A stretch of 64,000 nt of DNA from an uncultured Gemmatimonadaceae bacterium (GCA_963781585.1 CAWAGQ010000004.1:416001-480000); one strand, 5' to 3'; positions 11,557 through 23,615 are shown, counted from the first letter of the stretch. Notes: generated by a model not told the origin, from the letters alone. Program-made: numbers and translations.

Positions 11557-13515
11557 ATGACACGCTTCTTCCCCCACCACGCCCTCGTGGCGACGATCGC
11601 TACCGCCGGCGCACCCGCGCTGCTACCGGCGCAGCGCGCCGATTCCACCGCACTGCCTCGCGTCGTGATCACCGCAACGCGGCTCGACGCCGCACTCGGG
11701 TCGGACCTGTCCGCGACCACGGTGCTCAATGGGGACGACCTCCGACGGTCGGGAGTGCGCGATGTGGCGGCCGCTCTGCGTCTCGTGCCAGGCATGACCG
11801 TGGTGCGCAGCGGCGGGGCCGGAGCGCAGACTTCGATATTCCTGCGAGGCGGCGAGAGCGACTACGTGCGCGTGCTGGTGGACGGGGTGGCCATCAACGA
11901 TGCCGGCGGGTCGATCGATCTCGCAGGATTGACGCTCGACAACGTCGACCGCATTGAGGTGGTTCGAGGGCCCACCAGCGTGCTGTACGGGACCGACGCG
12001 GTGACCGGAGTCGTGCAGATCTTCACGCGTGGTGCGGACGGACATTCCGCCATCGAGGGCACGGCCCGTGCCGGTCGCTATGGCACGAGAGCGGTGGACG
12101 CGTCGGCAAGCATTGGAGGGGCGGCGCTGGGCGCTACCATCGGCGGCGCCCACAGCGCGACGAACGGTGTCCTCCCGTTCAACAATGCCTACCGCAACGA
12201 TGTCGGCACGGCGCGGATCAACGCGGCCCCCGATGACGCGACCCGGATCTCCCTCTCAGCGCGGCTCGGCAGTGACACATACCACTATCCCACCGACGGT
12301 GCGGGGAACGTGGTGGATCACAACGCTCGCCGAATGGGGCGCCAGACGGTGGTCGCATTCGACGCCACGCGGCGCATCTCCTCACGCTTGCGTGGGGGCG
12401 TCTCCCTGGGCGCGTTCGACGCGACTGGGCGTACGTTCGACGCGCGCGACGATGTCGCCGACACCCTCGGGTTCTACGCCTACCGCAGCGCCACCCAACT
12501 GCGTCGCCGGGTCGCCGACGCACGGCTGCACGTCTCCCTGTCGCCGGAGGCGGTCCTCACCGTCGGGGGAGAATGGACTTTCGAGGCGCAGCGCAGCACC
12601 GACAGCTCCAACTATGATGCAGCCCCGTCGCGATTCCACGCCGATCGGTCGAACCGAGCCGCGTATGCGCAGGTTCTCGCGGAACACGGCAGGTTCTCGT
12701 ACGTGGTGGGGGGACGCTATGACGACAATCGTGTGTTCGGCGCGTTTCGAACGGCCCGAACCGCGGTCGCGGTGCATCCGTGGCATGGCGGAATCCTCCG
12801 CGCCGCAATCGGGGGCGCGTTCAAGGCGCCGACGTTCTTCGAGACGTTTTCCAGCGCCTTCTCGATCGGTAACCCGTCCCTTCGCCCCGAGCGATCGCAC
12901 AGCTGGGAACTGACGGCAGGGCACGAGCTCGCCGGCGGCCGCCTTGCCCTCTCCGCCAGCTGGTTCGATCAGACGTTCCGGGATCTGATCCAGTACACCT
13001 ACCAGGCACCCGACCTGCCGAACTACTTCAACGTGGTGGCCGCGTCGGCGCGCGGACTGGAGCTGGAAGCGAGCGGTTGGGTGATCAGTGGAGTGCACGC
13101 CGTGGCGTCGGCGACACTCCTGCGCTCGCGCGTGGATGACGCCGGGTTCGAAACCGGCGCGGGGGCCACGTTCGTTCGTGGCCAACGCCTGCTGCGCCGG
13201 TCGCCCCAGAGCGCAACGCTCGACGTGGCCGCCAGTCGGTGGAGACGAGCCACGATCGACGCGTCCCTCGTCTACACCGGCAGGCGCGACGATCGCGACT
13301 TCTCCGCGTATCCCGCCTCACCAGTAGTGCTCGATGCATACACACGGGTGGATATCGCGTCCGTCATTCCACTCAGGAACGCCAAGGACGGAACTTCCGT
13401 CGCGCTGCAGGTGCGTCTCGACAACGTCCTCGGCGAAGGGTACCAGGAGGTCTACAATTTCCCGTCGCCGGGACGCGGCCTCTCCGTCGGAGTGCGTGTT
13501 GGCGCCAGCCGGTAG
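11557..13515 (+). CDS. btuB: TonB-dependent receptor, BtuB-like
   Basis: VVITATR TonB box, IFLRGG plug, RIEVVRGPTSVLYG, GNPSLRPE; B12 specificity inferred from the riboswitch. Confidence 0.82.
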   Translation: MTRFFPHHALVATIATAGAPALLPAQRADSTALPRVVITATRLDAALGSDLSATTVLNGDDLRRSGVRDVAAALRLVPGMTVVRSGGAGAQTSIFLRGGESDYVRVLVDGVAINDAGGSIDLAGLTLDNVDRIEVVRGPTSVLYGTDAVTGVVQIFTRGADGHSAIEGTARAGRYGTRAVDASASIGGAALGATIGGAHSATNGVLPFNNAYRNDVGTARINAAPDDATRISLSARLGSDTYHYPTDGAGNVVDHNARRMGRQTVVAFDATRRISSRLRGGVSLGAFDATGRTFDARDDVADTLGFYAYRSATQLRRRVADARLHVSLSPEAVLTVGGEWTFEAQRSTDSSNYDAAPSRFHADRSNRAAYAQVLAEHGRFSYVVGGRYDDNRVFGAFRTARTAVAVHPWHGGILRAAIGGAFKAPTFFETFSSAFSIGNPSLRPERSHSWELTAGHELAGGRLALSASWFDQTFRDLIQYTYQAPDLPNYFNVVAASARGLELEASGWVISGVHAVASATLLRSRVDDAGFETGAGATFVRGQRLLRRSPQSATLDVAASRWRRATIDASLVYTGRRDDRDFSAYPASPVVLDAYTRVDIASVIPLRNAKDGTSVALQVRLDNVLGEGYQEVYNFPSPGRGLSVGVRVGASR

Positions 13516-13588
13516 TCTCCGCACGCTTGCCGAGGCACTCGTCGCGCTTCCACCCTGTCACGGGTGTGGCGTGAGGTATCTTTAGCGC

Positions 13589-14350
13589 ATGGCGCTCGTG
13601 GTTGCCGATGTCGTGGTTCTGCACGTGTTCGACTATCTGGAGTCGTCCCGCATCCTGCGCCTGGCCACGCGCACGCTCGGCGTCCAGTCGGTTCTCGCGC
13701 GCGGGGCACGGAGGCCCCGCAGCCGATTCGGGTCGTCGCTCGATTTCTTCGCCAGCGGTGTCGCGCAGCTGCACACGCGACCGGGGCGCGATCTGCACAC
13801 GCTGTCCGGGTTCGACCTGGTTCGCAGCCGGCTCGTGCTCGCCGGCAATCTGGAGCGGTTTGCCACGGCCGCCGCGCTCGCGGAGCTTGCCCTGGCATTC
13901 CTTCATCCCGACCCCGATGACGCTGCGTTCGACGTACTGACCGAATCGCTCGACGCTCTTTCCGGCGCATGTGATGACGCCGCGGTGGACATCGGCCTCC
14001 TCTCGGCATGGCGGTTGATTGGCGCGTTGGGGTTTGCGCCGAGCATGGCGGCGTGCTGCGTCTGTTCGCGGGACGTCCCGTTCGACGCTTCCGTGCCGTT
14101 CAGCCACGCCGGGGGCGGGGTGGTGTGTGCGCGTTGCAGGACGGCGGTCTCGCTGAGTCGCACGCTGACACCCGCGGCGCGCCGGGCGCTGGCGCGCTGG
14201 GTCGACGGCACGCCTAGCTCGCTCTCCTCCACCGGGGAGCGGCGCGCGCACGTCCGACTGGTGCGCGAGTTTCTGCAGCACCACCTGGCCGATGGGCGCG
14301 ACTTGCGCGCCCTCGCGGCGTGGGAGGCGGGCCGGCAGCGCCCCGCATGA
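13589..14350 (+). CDS. recO: DNA repair protein RecO
   Basis: DYLESSRI..ARGARRPRSRFG OB fold, C4 zinc finger (CCVC..CARC). Confidence 0.9.
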   Translation: MALVVADVVVLHVFDYLESSRILRLATRTLGVQSVLARGARRPRSRFGSSLDFFASGVAQLHTRPGRDLHTLSGFDLVRSRLVLAGNLERFATAAALAELALAFLHPDPDDAAFDVLTESLDALSGACDDAAVDIGLLSAWRLIGALGFAPSMAACCVCSRDVPFDASVPFSHAGGGVVCARCRTAVSLSRTLTPAARRALARWVDGTPSSLSSTGERRAHVRLVREFLQHHLADGRDLRALAAWEAGRQRPA

Positions 14351-16194
14351 TCATCGGAACCGCCGGTCACATCGATCACGGCAAGACCGCGCTGGTGCAG
14401 GCGCTCACCGGCATCGACACCGATCGCCTTCCGGAGGAGAAGCGGCGCGGTATCACCATCGAGCTCGGTTTCGCGCCGCTCCACCTGGAGGGCGCCGGCA
14501 CGGCCGGGGTGGTGGACGTGCCTGGGCACGAGGCGTTCGTGCGCACGATGGTCGCCGGCGCCTCCGGGATCGATCTCGCCCTGCTGGTGGTGGCGGCCGA
14601 CGAAGGGGTCATGCCGCAGACCCGCGAACACCTCGAGATCCTCCGCTTGTTAGGCACGCGGGGCGGCGTGGTGGCGATCACCAAGAGCGACCTGGTGGAC
14701 GCCGAGTGGCTGGAGCTGGTGCGCGCCGACGTGGTGCGCGCGGCGAGCGGCACCCCGCTCGAGGGGGCCCCTGTCTTGGCCACCTCCGTCGTCTCCGGGC
14801 GCGGCCTCGACCAACTGCGACAGGCCCTGGTCGCGGCTGCGGCCGGGTTGCCGGGCCGGGATGCCGACGACCGCTTCCGCATGCCCGTGGACCGCGTGTT
14901 CACCGTGCGCGGTACGGGGACCGTCGTCACGGGCACGGTGTGGACCGGTCGCCTCGAGGTCGATGCGACGGCCGTCCTGCAGCCGGCCGGACGTCAGGTG
15001 CGGGTGCGAGGCATCCAGGTCCACGGGCACGACGTGCGCGCCGTGGGGCCGGCGACCCGCGCCGCCGTTGCCCTCACCGGAGTGGAGGTTCCGGACGTCG
15101 CGCGCGGGACGTGGCTGCTGGATGCCGCCGAATGGCCGACCACACTCGTTATGCGCTCCGAAGTCCGGCTCGTTGCGGGCGCCCGGCCGCCAAGGCCGCG
15201 CGAGTGGCTGCGGCTCCACATCGGGACCGCGGATGTCGGGGCGCGGGTCATCGTGGCCGATGGCAGGCTCGCGGTGGGTGCTGAATGCGCCGCACGCATC
15301 GTCCTCCAGGAACCCGTGATCGCGCGCGCCGGAGATCGATTCGTCTTGCGCCGGAGCGAGGGAACACAAGTCGCCACCGTCGGCGGGGGCCGCGTGGTCG
15401 ATCCGGTTCCAGCCCGTCGGCGCGGGCGCCCCTGGCCCGTGGAAACCCGGCATCTCGAGGGGTTGCTGCCGCTGATGCTGAACGAGTCGGCCCGTCAGGG
15501 GCTTGAACGTCACATGCTGCCCCTGCGTCTCGGCGTGCCGGAACGCGACGTCGATGCGTTGCTGCGGGATGCGCCGGGGGTGGCGGTCATCGGCACGCTC
15601 GTGTTCGCCGCTGCGGCGCTCGACGATCTGGCTGCCGAGCTGCGGCGCGTTGTTGCCGAATTCCATCGGCAGCACGCGCTCGAGGAAGGCATGCGGCTCG
15701 CGGAGCTCCGCCGGCGCGTTCAGGCGAATCCCGCCCTTCTGGAGCGCGCGCTGGAAACCCTCGCGGGGGCGGGAGACATCGAAGTACGGGGGACCCTGGT
15801 AGCCGAGCGGCTGTGGCGTCCGCGCCTCACTGCATCGCAGGTCGCGTTGCGTCGTCTCATCCTTGAGGCCATCCGAGCCGCCGGCTCGGAGCCTCCCCTT
15901 GTGTCTGCGTTGTCCGACCAACATCACAGCGATTTGCTGCCGTTGGCGCGTAGCCTGGAGAGGGAGGGTCTGCTGGTTGCAGTAGAACCGGACCGGTTCT
16001 ACTCGGTGGAGGCGGTGGAGCGGTTGGTGGGGCGTCTGCGAGAGTCCATGGCGACTGGGCGGGAATACTCGCCGACGGAGCTACGGGAGGTGTTGGGGGT
16101 GTCGCGGAAGTACCTGATCCCGTTTCTCGAATACTGTGACCGGATGAGGATTACGGAACGCAGGGCGACGGGTCGGGTATGGCACCGGTCCTGA
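14347..16194 (+). CDS. selB: Selenocysteine-specific elongation factor
   Basis: [33 protein letters not shown]-terminal winged helix [13 protein letters not shown]. Confidence 0.95.
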   Translation: MIIGTAGHIDHGKTALVQALTGIDTDRLPEEKRRGITIELGFAPLHLEGAGTAGVVDVPGHEAFVRTMVAGASGIDLALLVVAADEGVMPQTREHLEILRLLGTRGGVVAITKSDLVDAEWLELVRADVVRAASGTPLEGAPVLATSVVSGRGLDQLRQALVAAAAGLPGRDADDRFRMPVDRVFTVRGTGTVVTGTVWTGRLEVDATAVLQPAGRQVRVRGIQVHGHDVRAVGPATRAAVALTGVEVPDVARGTWLLDAAEWPTTLVMRSEVRLVAGARPPRPREWLRLHIGTADVGARVIVADGRLAVGAECAARIVLQEPVIARAGDRFVLRRSEGTQVATVGGGRVVDPVPARRRGRPWPVETRHLEGLLPLMLNESARQGLERHMLPLRLGVPERDVDALLRDAPGVAVIGTLVFAAAALDDLAAELRRVVAEFHRQHALEEGMRLAELRRRVQANPALLERALETLAGAGDIEVRGTLVAERLWRPRLTASQVALRRLILEAIRAAGSEPPLVSALSDQHHSDLLPLARSLEREGLLVAVEPDRFYSVEAVERLVGRLRESMATGREYSPTELREVLGVSRKYLIPFLEYCDRMRITERRATGRVWHRS

Positions 16195-16210
16195 TGCGTG
16201 AACGCCTTTC

Positions 16211-16240
16211 TTGACAGCGGGTTGCCCGAGGTCTTATGTT
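16211..16240 (+). promoter_or_regulatory. Putative sigma70 promoter
   Basis: TTGACA-N18-TATGTT upstream of ORF 16317. Confidence 0.55.
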
Positions 16241-16316
16241 CGCGCCGGGAGTGATAACGTCCACCTGTTTCAGGAGTTAGAAGCAAGCCCCTTTCTTGTC
16301 AGTTCGGAGAAGTCAC

Positions 16317-16772
16317 ATGGTGCAGCGATGGGCAGCACAGTTGTTCGTGCTTGCTCTCTGTGCGTTGGTTCCTGGTCCGTTGTCCGCCCAGGGTCGGCAA
16401 TCGAGTCGAGACCCGTCGACCGGTTCGCGTCTCGATCAAAACTATCCGAACCCTTTCAATCCCGAGACGAGGATCTCGTTCGCGATTGGAGGCTATCCGG
16501 ACTGTATCTCACCTGCACGGCAGTACAAGGTGAGTCTGCGCATCTTCAACGTGCTCGCGCAGCCGGTGGCGACGCCTGTTCTGCAAGGCGGTTCGGCGAG
16601 TGTCGCTGGTGGGCAGCCGCTGACGAATCTGTTTCTGACGTGCGGAGAATACACGGCATACTGGGACGGTAAGATCATGAATACCGGACGCGAGGCGGCG
16701 TCGGGAATTTATGTCTATCGCCTCGAGATCGATGGGAGTGCCCTGATGCGAAAAATGATGGTTCGCAAATAG
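16317..16772 (+). CDS. Secreted stand-alone T9SS-CTD/FlgD-Ig-like domain protein
   Basis: Signal peptide, then QNYPNPFNPET...YWDG...SGIYVYRL...RKM; GGAGA RBS. Confidence 0.75.
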   Translation: MVQRWAAQLFVLALCALVPGPLSAQGRQSSRDPSTGSRLDQNYPNPFNPETRISFAIGGYPDCISPARQYKVSLRIFNVLAQPVATPVLQGGSASVAGGQPLTNLFLTCGEYTAYWDGKIMNTGREAASGIYVYRLEIDGSALMRKMMVRK

Positions 16773-16794
16773 GGCGGCCTGCTGAATTGAACCG

Positions 16795-16832
16795 AAGGCG
16801 GCGTCACTTGATGGCGCCGCCTTTTGTTTTTT
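16795..16832 (+). terminator. Intrinsic terminator
   Basis: AAGGCGGCGTCA-CTTGA-TGGCGCCGCCTT followed by TTGTTTTTT. Confidence 0.8.
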
Positions 16833-17142
16833 CGGGCACCGGCGGTTTGGATGTCGGCCTCCACTGGTCGATGGCGCGAAACAGCAGTCCGGCGCGATCG
16901 GGTTGGGAGGTGAGCGCCGCGGTGGCCGACTCCAGCTGCGCCGCCGTGACGCCATACAAGCGGAGGATCGAATCGCGGGCGCGTGCTCTCACCAATGTGT
17001 CGCCGGCGGTGGCGGCCGGCAGGTGTCGGAGTGCTCCGATCACCTGGACGTAGGTGGAATCGCTCACGCCGGCTGCGATCGCGGATCGACGGCAGGCGGT
17101 GCAGAGGATCATGGTCGCAACGAACGCGCAGAACCTTCGCAT
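16804..17142 (-). CDS. Small hypothetical lipoprotein
   Basis: Lipobox-like CTAC after a hydrophobic stretch; helical body. Confidence 0.6.
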   Translation of the reverse strand: MRRFCAFVATMILCTACRRSAIAAGVSDSTYVQVIGALRHLPAATAGDTLVRARARDSILRLYGVTAAQLESATAALTSQPDRAGLLFRAIDQWRPTSKPPVPEKTKGGAIK

Positions 17143-17278
17143 GCGCGCGGAGCCTATCGAGTCGGGCTGAGCGGGTCAAGCGGACCGCTGGCGCCGCCCG
17201 GTTGTGCACGGGTCTGCCGTCCTTGCGCCTCGCCGGCCAGTTCGACGCCAGCCCGGGGTCAAACCGGCGCAGTAGATT

Positions 17279-17294
17279 CGGCATTGCCATTGCC
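17279..17294 (+). promoter_or_regulatory. Putative sigma54 -24/-12 promoter of clpB
   Basis: CGGCATTGCCATTGC has GG-N10-GC spacing, 55 nt before the clpB ATG. Confidence 0.45.
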
Positions 17295-17348
17295 TCTTCG
17301 GCTACGACAATGTAGGTGTCGCTCCCCGCATCACCATCGACCCGCACC

Positions 17349-20000
<2,652 letters not shown>

Positions 20001-20027
20001 GGGCGCGGCGCGACCCGGCCGGCCGGG

Positions 20028-20561
20028 GTGACGCCAGGCAAGTCGACCGGCCCGGCCCCGGGTGGACACGGCGCCCCGAACGCGATCGCGCTGATGCGTC
20101 AGGCGCTCGATCTGGCGCGCGAGGCCGCGGCGGCGGGCGACGTGCCGGTCGGCGCGCTCTTGGTGTGCGGCGACCGGGTTCTCGGGCGCGGACAGAACCG
20201 CACGCTCCGCGACCAGGATCCCACGGCGCACGCCGAAGTCATCGCCCTGCGCGAAGCCGCCGAGTCGTTAGGCAGCTGGCGCCTGAGCGAGTGCGACCTG
20301 TACGTCACGCTCGAACCCTGCGCCATGTGCGCCGGGGCGCTGGTGCTGGCCCGTGTGCGTCGGGTGGTGTTCGGCGCCTGGGACGACAAGTCCGGGATGG
20401 CCGGCAGCGTCGGCGACCTGTTACGGCATCCCCGTCTCAACCATCACCCCGAGGTGCGCGGCGGGGTGCTGGCGGACGACTGTGGTGCGGTGCTGAAGGC
20501 GTTCTTCCTCGCGCGCCGATCACCTGCCGCGCAGGTTGACTATCTCCGCAAGCCCCAATAA
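20028..20561 (+). CDS. tadA: tRNA adenosine(34) deaminase
   Basis: DPTAHAE, TLEPCAMC, LNH; start may be ATG 20094. Confidence 0.92.
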   Translation: MTPGKSTGPAPGGHGAPNAIALMRQALDLAREAAAAGDVPVGALLVCGDRVLGRGQNRTLRDQDPTAHAEVIALREAAESLGSWRLSECDLYVTLEPCAMCAGALVLARVRRVVFGAWDDKSGMAGSVGDLLRHPRLNHHPEVRGGVLADDCGAVLKAFFLARRSPAAQVDYLRKPQ

Positions 20562-20564
20562 CCT
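20536..20564 (+). promoter_or_regulatory. sigma70 promoter for the tRNA pair, embedded in the tadA 3' end
   Basis: TTGACT-N17-TAACCT; the tadA TAA stop lies within the -10 box. Confidence 0.6.
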
Positions 20565-20576
20565 ACGCGTCCCGAA

Positions 20577-20663
20577 GGACAGGTGTCCGAGTGGTTGAAG
20601 GAGCCGGTCTCGAAAACCGGTATACGGGTAACCGTATCGTGGGTTCGAATCCCACCCTGTCCG
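20577..20663 (+). tRNA. tRNA-Ser(CGA)
   Basis: GGACAGG/CCTGTCC acceptor stem, CCGGT-CTCGAAA-ACCGG anticodon arm, long variable arm, GTTCGAATC; CCA not encoded. Confidence 0.95.
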
Positions 20664-20742
20664 CTGGCCGCGGATGGAGCGCGGGTGCGAGACCGGCGCG
20701 TGCGACACGGAAGACCCTCGCTCGCGATTCCGATGATGGTGA

Positions 20743-20830
20743 GGACAGGTGGCCGAGTGGTTTAAGGCGCACGCCTGGAGAGCGTGTGGGGCTCACAAGG
20801 CTCTCGTGGGTTCGAATCCCACCCTGTCCG
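20743..20830 (+). tRNA. tRNA-Ser(GGA)
   Basis: GGACAGG/CCTGTCC, CACGC-CTGGAGA-GCGTG anticodon arm, long variable arm. Confidence 0.95.
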
Positions 20831-20849
20831 TCGCATTACCCAGCAGACC

Positions 20850-21908
20850 TCAGCCGCCGGTGCCGCCCTGGGCCGTGCCCGCTCGAGTCATCTGGTCGGC
20901 GCCATGCAGTCGCGCGCGCACGGCGTCGAATCCTACCAGGCGTCGTTGCTCGCGGTCCCAGAGCTTCAACGACAGGGTATGGAAGCTCGACCGCAGCGTG
21001 ATGGCGGGGGCGGCGCGGAATGTCTCGCACGCTTCGTGGCAGCGCCGGAGCAAATAGTTGGGAACCCGCGGGTCGCTGTGGTGCACATGATGGAACCCGA
21101 TGCTGCCCGTCAGCCATTCGAGCACACGCGGCAACCGGTAGTATGAGCTGCCGTGCAGCGCCGCCTCGGCGTAGTCCCAGGTGTCGTGTGATTCCCAGTA
21201 GGCGCCGTCGAACTGATGCTGCACGTAGAACAGCCAGATGCCGGCCGCGACCGCGATCGCATAGACGGGCAGGTAAATGGACAACACCCGGCCCACCCCC
21301 AGGAGCGCGAACAGTGTCAGGAACACCAGGGCGATCACGAGGTTGGTGAGGTGGACGCTCCACGCGCGCTTGCCACCATGCCGGGCCGCTGGGGTCTGGA
21401 TGCGCTGAATCAGCAGCAGATACACCGGCCCCAGGCCGAACAGCACCAGGGGATGCCTGGAGGCGCGGTACTTGAATCGTTGCCAGCGAGTCCGCGCCAG
21501 GTATTCGTCGACGGTGAGCGTATCGATGTCACCGAAGCCGCGGCGGTCCAGGTCTCCGGACGACGCATGGTGGAGCGCATGGTCGGTGCGCCACTGGCCG
21601 AACGGGGTGAGCGTGAGGACTCCGGTGACGAAGCCGATGAGTTCATTGGCCCGGCGCGACGGCATGAACGACCCGTGCGCGCAGTCGTGCATGATGATGA
21701 ACGTCCGGACGAAGAATCCCGCCGCCACCGGCGCGATCGCGATCGCGACCCAGTATGAGTAGGTCCGGACCACGAACATCAGCGTGAGGATGGCGAACAG
21801 GGGGAGCAGGGTGTTCCCCAGTTGAATCACGCCCTGACGCACGCTACTGGTGCGGAACGGCACCGTGGGGGGCGTGTCCCGACGACGTGGCGTGGCGCGC
21901 GCGGTCAT
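20850..21908 (-). CDS. Membrane fatty-acid desaturase (Bacillus Des-like)
   Basis: His boxes HDCAH, HALHH, YVQH, HHVHH; TM segments. Confidence 0.9.
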   Translation of the reverse strand: MTARATPRRRDTPPTVPFRTSSVRQGVIQLGNTLLPLFAILTLMFVVRTYSYWVAIAIAPVAAGFFVRTFIIMHDCAHGSFMPSRRANELIGFVTGVLTLTPFGQWRTDHALHHASSGDLDRRGFGDIDTLTVDEYLARTRWQRFKYRASRHPLVLFGLGPVYLLLIQRIQTPAARHGGKRAWSVHLTNLVIALVFLTLFALLGVGRVLSIYLPVYAIAVAAGIWLFYVQHQFDGAYWESHDTWDYAEAALHGSSYYRLPRVLEWLTGSIGFHHVHHSDPRVPNYLLRRCHEACETFRAAPAITLRSSFHTLSLKLWDREQRRLVGFDAVRARLHGADQMTRAGTAQGGTGG

Positions 21909-21951
21909 CGATGCGGTGAGAGGGACCGGCCGGGGCGGAGTCGGGATCGCC

Positions 21952-22485
21952 TCAGGTGGTCAGGAGGACGCGATCGATCACGTGGATCACGCCGTTGGAG
22001 GCGCGGATGTTGGTCTGCACCAGGCGCGCGTCGTCGACTCGATAGGCATCGGTCCGTGAGGTGAGCTGGAGCTCATCTCCGTCAAGCGGGGTTGCGACCC
22101 GGGGCAGGTCGGGTTTCGGCGCCCGCACTTTTCCTTGCACCACGTGATGGCGCATCACCTCGCCCAAACGGTCGCTGTCGGCCATGAGGGCGTCGAGCTC
22201 GTTCTGCGGCATTCTGGCGAAGGCGCGATCGCTGGGGGCGAACACCGTCAGGGGACCGGCGCCCTGCAGGAGTTCGGTGAGGCCCGAGGCGCGGGCGAGA
22301 TCGACGAACGTGGTGAGGCGCTTGGAGGCCTCGGCGGTGGTCATCAGGTCGTGCTCGTGCGCGTCGGGTGGCCGGACGGCAGCAGCGCGTGGCGGCGGTG
22401 TGGGGTCGGCCGGGGTCGCGGGCGCGGGGTCGGCCTTCGGCGCGCTGACTTTGGCGGGGCGGTGATTCGCTTGGTCGGGTTTCAT
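21952..22485 (-). CDS. Fasciclin (FAS1) domain protein with Pro/Ala-rich N-terminus and no signal peptide
   Basis: GPLTVFAPSDRAF and NGVIHVIDRVL (H1/H2 motifs); ATG at 22485. Confidence 0.88.
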   Translation of the reverse strand: MKPDQANHRPAKVSAPKADPAPATPADPTPPPRAAAVRPPDAHEHDLMTTAEASKRLTTFVDLARASGLTELLQGAGPLTVFAPSDRAFARMPQNELDALMADSDRLGEVMRHHVVQGKVRAPKPDLPRVATPLDGDELQLTSRTDAYRVDDARLVQTNIRASNGVIHVIDRVLLTT

Positions 22486-22555
22486 TGGCACGTCCGGCAG
22501 TGGGCCCGGGGTTCCCCGCTGGACGACCGGCCCGAATGCCGCCCCGCACCGATGA

Positions 22556-22613
22556 AGTATCACCGGGGGCTCGGCGATTGTCAATGTTGTGACCTGAACA
22601 TAAGATTGACAAT
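22556..22613. promoter_or_regulatory. Divergent sigma70 promoters with a CarH-type operator
   Basis: Minus strand: TTGACA(22584-79)-N17-GATACT. Plus strand: TTGTCA(22578)-N17-TAAGAT. Tandem 11-bp repeats gAccTgaACAt/aAgaTtgACAa at 22591-22612. Confidence 0.65.
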
Positions 22614-22637
22614 GTACTTCCCTCACCCGAATCGGTC

Positions 22638-23615
22638 GTGACGGCGCCCCGGGCCCCGGCGCGCGCGCGCGTGCATCGCCACCCGATGCGCGTGGTGACC
22701 CGGCGCACCGGTCTCAGCGCCGAGCTGCTGCGCGTCTGGGAGCGCCGGTACCACGTGGTGACGCCCGGGCGCACGCAGACCGGGCGTCGTCTGTACTCCG
22801 ACGCCGAGATCGAGCGCCTGCGCCTGCTGTACCGGGCCACGCTGGCCGGGCGCAGCATCGGCCTGATCGCCGGCCTGTCGATGCCGGCTCTGACCGCGCT
22901 GGTGCGGCAGGACGCCGAAGCGGAGCAGGGCGCGGCACGCGCTCCGGTGGCGCCGCCTAACGCGCCGGAGGCCGGCCGGTTCGTCGATCAGGCGCTGCGG
23001 GCGGTGGAGCGGTTCGACGCGCTGGCGCTCGATACGGCGCTGCGGCGCGCGGTGGTCGCGCTCTCGGCGGTCGCCTTCCTCGACGACGTGGTGGCAGTGG
23101 TGCTGGAGCGCGTCGGGGCGCGGTGGCGTGACGGCACGCTGCGGCCGGCACACGGCCATTTCGCCACCGCCGTGGTGCGCCGCGTGCTCGACCGCGTCAC
23201 CGAAACGACGTCGGTGCCGGGCGCGGCGCCGAGAGTGCTGCTGGCGACGCCGGCCGGGCAGCTTCACGAGCTGGGGGCGATGCTCGCCGCCGCCGCGGCC
23301 GCCGCCGAAGGCTGGTCGGTCACCTACCTCGGCGCCAACATACCGGCCGAGGACATCGCCGAAGCCGCGGTGGCGATTCGCGCGCGGGTGGTGGGTCTGA
23401 GTCTGGTCCATCCGCCTAACGATCGCGGGGTGAGCCACGAACTGCGGCGGCTGCGGACGCTGCTGCCGGTCACGATCGCGCTGGTGGTGGGCGGCGCGGC
23501 GGCCGGGGCGTACCGGGACGTGCTCGACGCCATCGGCGCGAAGCACATGAGCGATCTGCGCGCCTGGCGCGCCGATCTCGAGGAGATGACCCGCCGCCGT
23601 CGGCGCGCCGGCTGA
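22638..23615 (+). CDS. MerR-family B12-binding regulator (CarH/LitR-like)
   Basis: LRVWERRY..GRRLYS MerR HTH; four-helix cap WRDG..HGH; Rossmann GQLHELG..YLGANIP..VVGG. Confidence 0.88.
   Translation: MTAPRAPARARVHRHPMRVVTRRTGLSAELLRVWERRYHVVTPGRTQTGRRLYSDAEIERLRLLYRATLAGRSIGLIAGLSMPALTALVRQDAEAEQGAARAPVAPPNAPEAGRFVDQALRAVERFDALALDTALRRAVVALSAVAFLDDVVAVVLERVGARWRDGTLRPAHGHFATAVVRRVLDRVTETTSVPGAAPRVLLATPAGQLHELGAMLAAAAAAAEGWSVTYLGANIPAEDIAEAAVAIRARVVGLSLVHPPNDRGVSHELRRLRTLLPVTIALVVGGAAAGAYRDVLDAIGAKHMSDLRAWRADLEEMTRRRRRAG

Noticed and set aside
20577..20830. Long-variable-arm tRNAs as tRNA-Sec, given the nearby selB
   Set aside because: The anticodons are CGA and GGA with 7-bp acceptor stems, so both are ordinary tRNA-Ser.
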